Shown here: piece by piece, positions 61,741 to 64,000 of the stretch
Layout of the letters: each line of letters starts with the position of its first letter
Position numbering within the stretch: position 1 is the first letter of the stretch
From: Eledone cirrhosa
Lineage: Eukaryota
Assembly (NCBI GenBank): GCA_964016885.1
Contig: OZ024743.1
Location: 137,826,001 to 137,890,000, forward strand
Length of the DNA: 64,000 nucleotides
Direction of reading: 5' to 3'
Notes under the pieces: generated by a model
The model's database searches: none
Seen by the model: only the letters and a program-made list of their open reading frames with translations
What the model was told of the DNA's origin: nothing
Made by a program: the position numbers and the translations under genes

Positions 61741-64000
61741 AACACCAAGTACCAAGCACCAAACACCAAACACCAAGCACCAAACACCAAGCACCAAGCC
61801 CCAAGCACCAAACACCAAGCACCAAGCACCAAACACCAAGCACCAAGCACCAAGCACCAAACAGCAAACACCAAACAGCAGACACCAAACACCAAACACC
61901 AACCGGCAAACACCAAACACCAAACACCAAACAGCAAACACCAAACATCAAACGCCAAACAGCAAATGCCAAACCCCAAACGCCAAACAGCAAACGCCAA
62001 GCGCCAAACACCAAACACCAAGCGCCAAGCACCAAATACCAAACACCAAGCACCAAGCACCAAGTACCAAACACCAAGCACCAATCACCAAACACCAAGC
62101 ACCAAGTGCCAAACACCAAACACCAAACACCTAGCACCAAGTACCAAGCACCAAACACCAAGCACCAAACACCAGGCACCAAGCACCAAGCACCAAACAC
62201 CAAGCACCAAACACCAAGCACCAGACACCAAGCACCAAGCTCCAAGCACCAAGCACCAAAAACCAAGCACCAAGCTCCAAGCACCAAACACCAAGCACCA
62301 AACACCAAACACCAAGCACCAAGCACCAAACACCAAGCACCAAGCGCCAAACACCAAACACCAAGCACCAAGCACCAAATACCAAGCACCAAGCACCAAG
62401 CACCAAACACCAAACACCAAACACCAAACACCAAACACCAAGCACCAAGCACCAAACACCAAACACCAAGCACCAAGCACCAAACACCAAACACCAAGCA
62501 CCAAGCACCAAACACCAAATACCAAGCACCAAACACCAAGCACCAAGCACCAAGCACCAAACACCAAGCACCAAACACCAAGCACCAGACACCAAGCACC
62601 AAGCACCAAACACCAAGCACCAAACAACAAACACCAAGCACCAAGCACCAAACACCAAGCACCAAGCGCCAAACACCACACACCAAGCACCAAATACCAA
62701 GCACTAAACACCAAACACCAAGCACCAAGCACCAAACACCAAGCACCAAACACCAAACAGCAAAAACCAAACACCAAACACCAAACAGCAAACAGCAAAC
62801 ACCAAACAGCAAACACCAAACAGCAAACACCAAACACCAAACACCAACCAGCAAATACCAAACACCAAACACCAAACGCCAAACATTAAACGCCAAACAC
62901 CAAACGCCAAACAGCAAACACCAAACACCAAATGCCAACCAGCAAGCACCAAGCACCAAACACCAAGCACCAAGCACCAAACACCAAACACCAAGCACCA
63001 AGCACCAAACACCAAACACAAAGCACCAAGCACCAAGCACCAAACACCAAACACCAAACACCAAACATCAAACACCAAACAGCAAACACCAAATAGCAAA
63101 CACCAAACAGCAAACAGCAAACACAAAACACCAAACACCAAGCACCAAGCACCAAACACCAAGCACCAAGCAACAAGCACCAATCACCAAGCACCAAGCA
63201 CTAAACACCAAAAACCTAGGACCAAGCACCAAGCACCAAACACCAAGCACCATGCACCAAGCACCAAACACCAAGCACCAAAGACCAAGCACCAAATACC
63301 AAGCACCAAGCACCAAACACCAATCACCAAGTACCAAGCACCAAGTCCCAAGCACCAAACACCAAGCACCAATCACCAAACACCAAACACCAAGCACCAA
63401 GCACCAAACACCAAAAATCAAGCACCAAGCACCAAGCACCAAACACCAAACGCCAAACACAAAATACCAAGCACCAAGCACCAAACACCAAGCACCAAGC
63501 GCCAAAGACCAAACACCAAAAACCAAGCACAAAACACCAAGCACCAAGCACCGAGCACCAAACACCAAGTACCAAGCACCAATCACCAAACACCAAGCAC
63601 CAATCACCAAACACCAAACACCAAGCACCAAGCACCAAGCACCAAGCATCAAGCACCAAGCACCAAACACCAAGCACCAAGCACCAAGCACCAAACACAA
63701 AACAACAAGTACCAAGCACCAAACACTTAACACCAAACACCAAGCACCAAGCACCAAACACCAAACACCAAGCACCAAGCACCAGACGCCAAGCACCAAG
63801 CACCAAGCACCAGACACTAAGCACCAAGCACCAAACACCAAGCACCAAACACCAAGCACCAAGCACCAAACACCAAACACCAAGCACCAAGCACTAAACA
63901 CCAAACACCAAGCACTAAGCACCAAGCACCAAGCACCAAGCACCAAGCACCAAGCACCAAACACAAAGCACCAAGCACCAAACAGCAAACACCAAGCACC

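Larger units (their letters stand above)
48965..62400. repeat. ~6.75-kb tandem duplication (~48965-55740 and ~55740-62400)
   Basis: ORF pairs 49127/55901 (6774), 50808/57561 and 51656/58409 (6753), 53487/60212 (6725), 54083/60759 (6676), 55046/61966 (6920). Markers ACGCGAAG at 50151/56904 and TGCCAGCCACCAGATGCCTAA at 53474/60199. Confidence 0.92.
1..64000. repeat. 7-bp tandem satellite array, consensus (CACCAAR)n / (YTTGGTG)n, about 9,100 monomers, running off both window ends
   Basis: Every stretch inspected parses into 7-mers CACCAAA/CACCAAG or close variants (CACCAAT, CGCCAAR, CAGCAAA, CACTAAA, CACCTAG, CCCCAAG, TACCAAR, CTCCAAR). Orientation is the same throughout and no unique sequence was seen. 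All six frames show a 7-aa periodicity. Confidence 0.99.

Noticed and set aside
48965-62400. Long direct repeats as LTRs or a transposon
   Set aside because: They consist wholly of satellite monomers, with no coding domain, primer-binding site, polypurine tract or TG...CA termini that I can identify.
352-62889. Long plus-strand ORFs (e.g. 352..3447, 4111..6777, 21436..24348) as P/T/S/K/H/Q-rich, mucin-like or surface proteins
   Set aside because: They overlap in all three frames with the same peptide and have no unique domain or signal peptide. Starts and stops are just variant monomers (CACCATG, AAATGCC, CACTAAA, CACCTAG).
18-63999. Minus-strand W/C/L/V/G-rich ORFs as membrane proteins
   Set aside because: They are the antisense translation of the satellite, present in all three frames, mostly with alternative start codons and implausible composition.
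1-64000. CRISPR array or other repeat-spacer system
   Set aside because: There are no unique spacers between constant repeats. Everything between recurring markers is itself satellite, and no cas or other genes are present.
1-64000. Canonical telomerase-synthesised telomere tract
   Set aside because: The motif is not TTAGGG, TTAGG or TTTAGGG, and rare variants are propagated in kb-scale blocks, which indicates duplication rather than templated addition. The terminal-satellite idea is kept only as a speculative finding.
1-64000. tRNA, rRNA, structured ncRNA or terminators
   Set aside because: The plus strand is nearly all A and C and the array has one orientation, so inverted repeats able to form stable stems are essentially absent.
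1-64000. Whole window as a sequencing or simulation artefact
   Set aside because: Nested, hierarchically shared variants and in-register indels fit a real evolving array. Copy number of individual duplications still needs read-level confirmation.

Overview
The whole 64-kb window is one uninterrupted, head-to-tail 7-bp satellite array of about 9,100 monomers, consensus CACCAAR (CACCAAA and CACCAAG; minus strand YTTGGTG). I see no credible gene, RNA gene, transposon, CRISPR array or foreign insert. The ORF track is an artefact: the 7-mer has no stop codon on either strand, so every frame reads TKHQ[A/T]P[S/N] or WCLV[L/F]G[A/V]. The information lies in rare variant monomers, which mark nested higher-order duplications. 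Left domain (1 to ~23.9 kb): a ~4.2-kb unit, a ~7-kb block repeated at ~8.5-8.75 kb offset, and 2079, ~2700, 602, 392 and 175 bp duplications. Middle domain (~23.9-49 kb): a new set of marker variants recurring about every 1.1-1.9 kb, plus ~2.0, ~2.5 and ~5.7 kb duplications. Right domain (~49-62.4 kb): a ~6.75-kb tandem duplication with an older ~630-bp duplication nested inside. The 7-bp phase is strongly conserved, strand composition is extremely skewed, and several CpG-to-TpG changes are visible. The best reading is eukaryotic heterochromatic (pericentromeric, centromeric or subtelomeric) satellite DNA. Organism and function cannot be determined from this sequence. Duplication boundaries were read by eye and are approximate.
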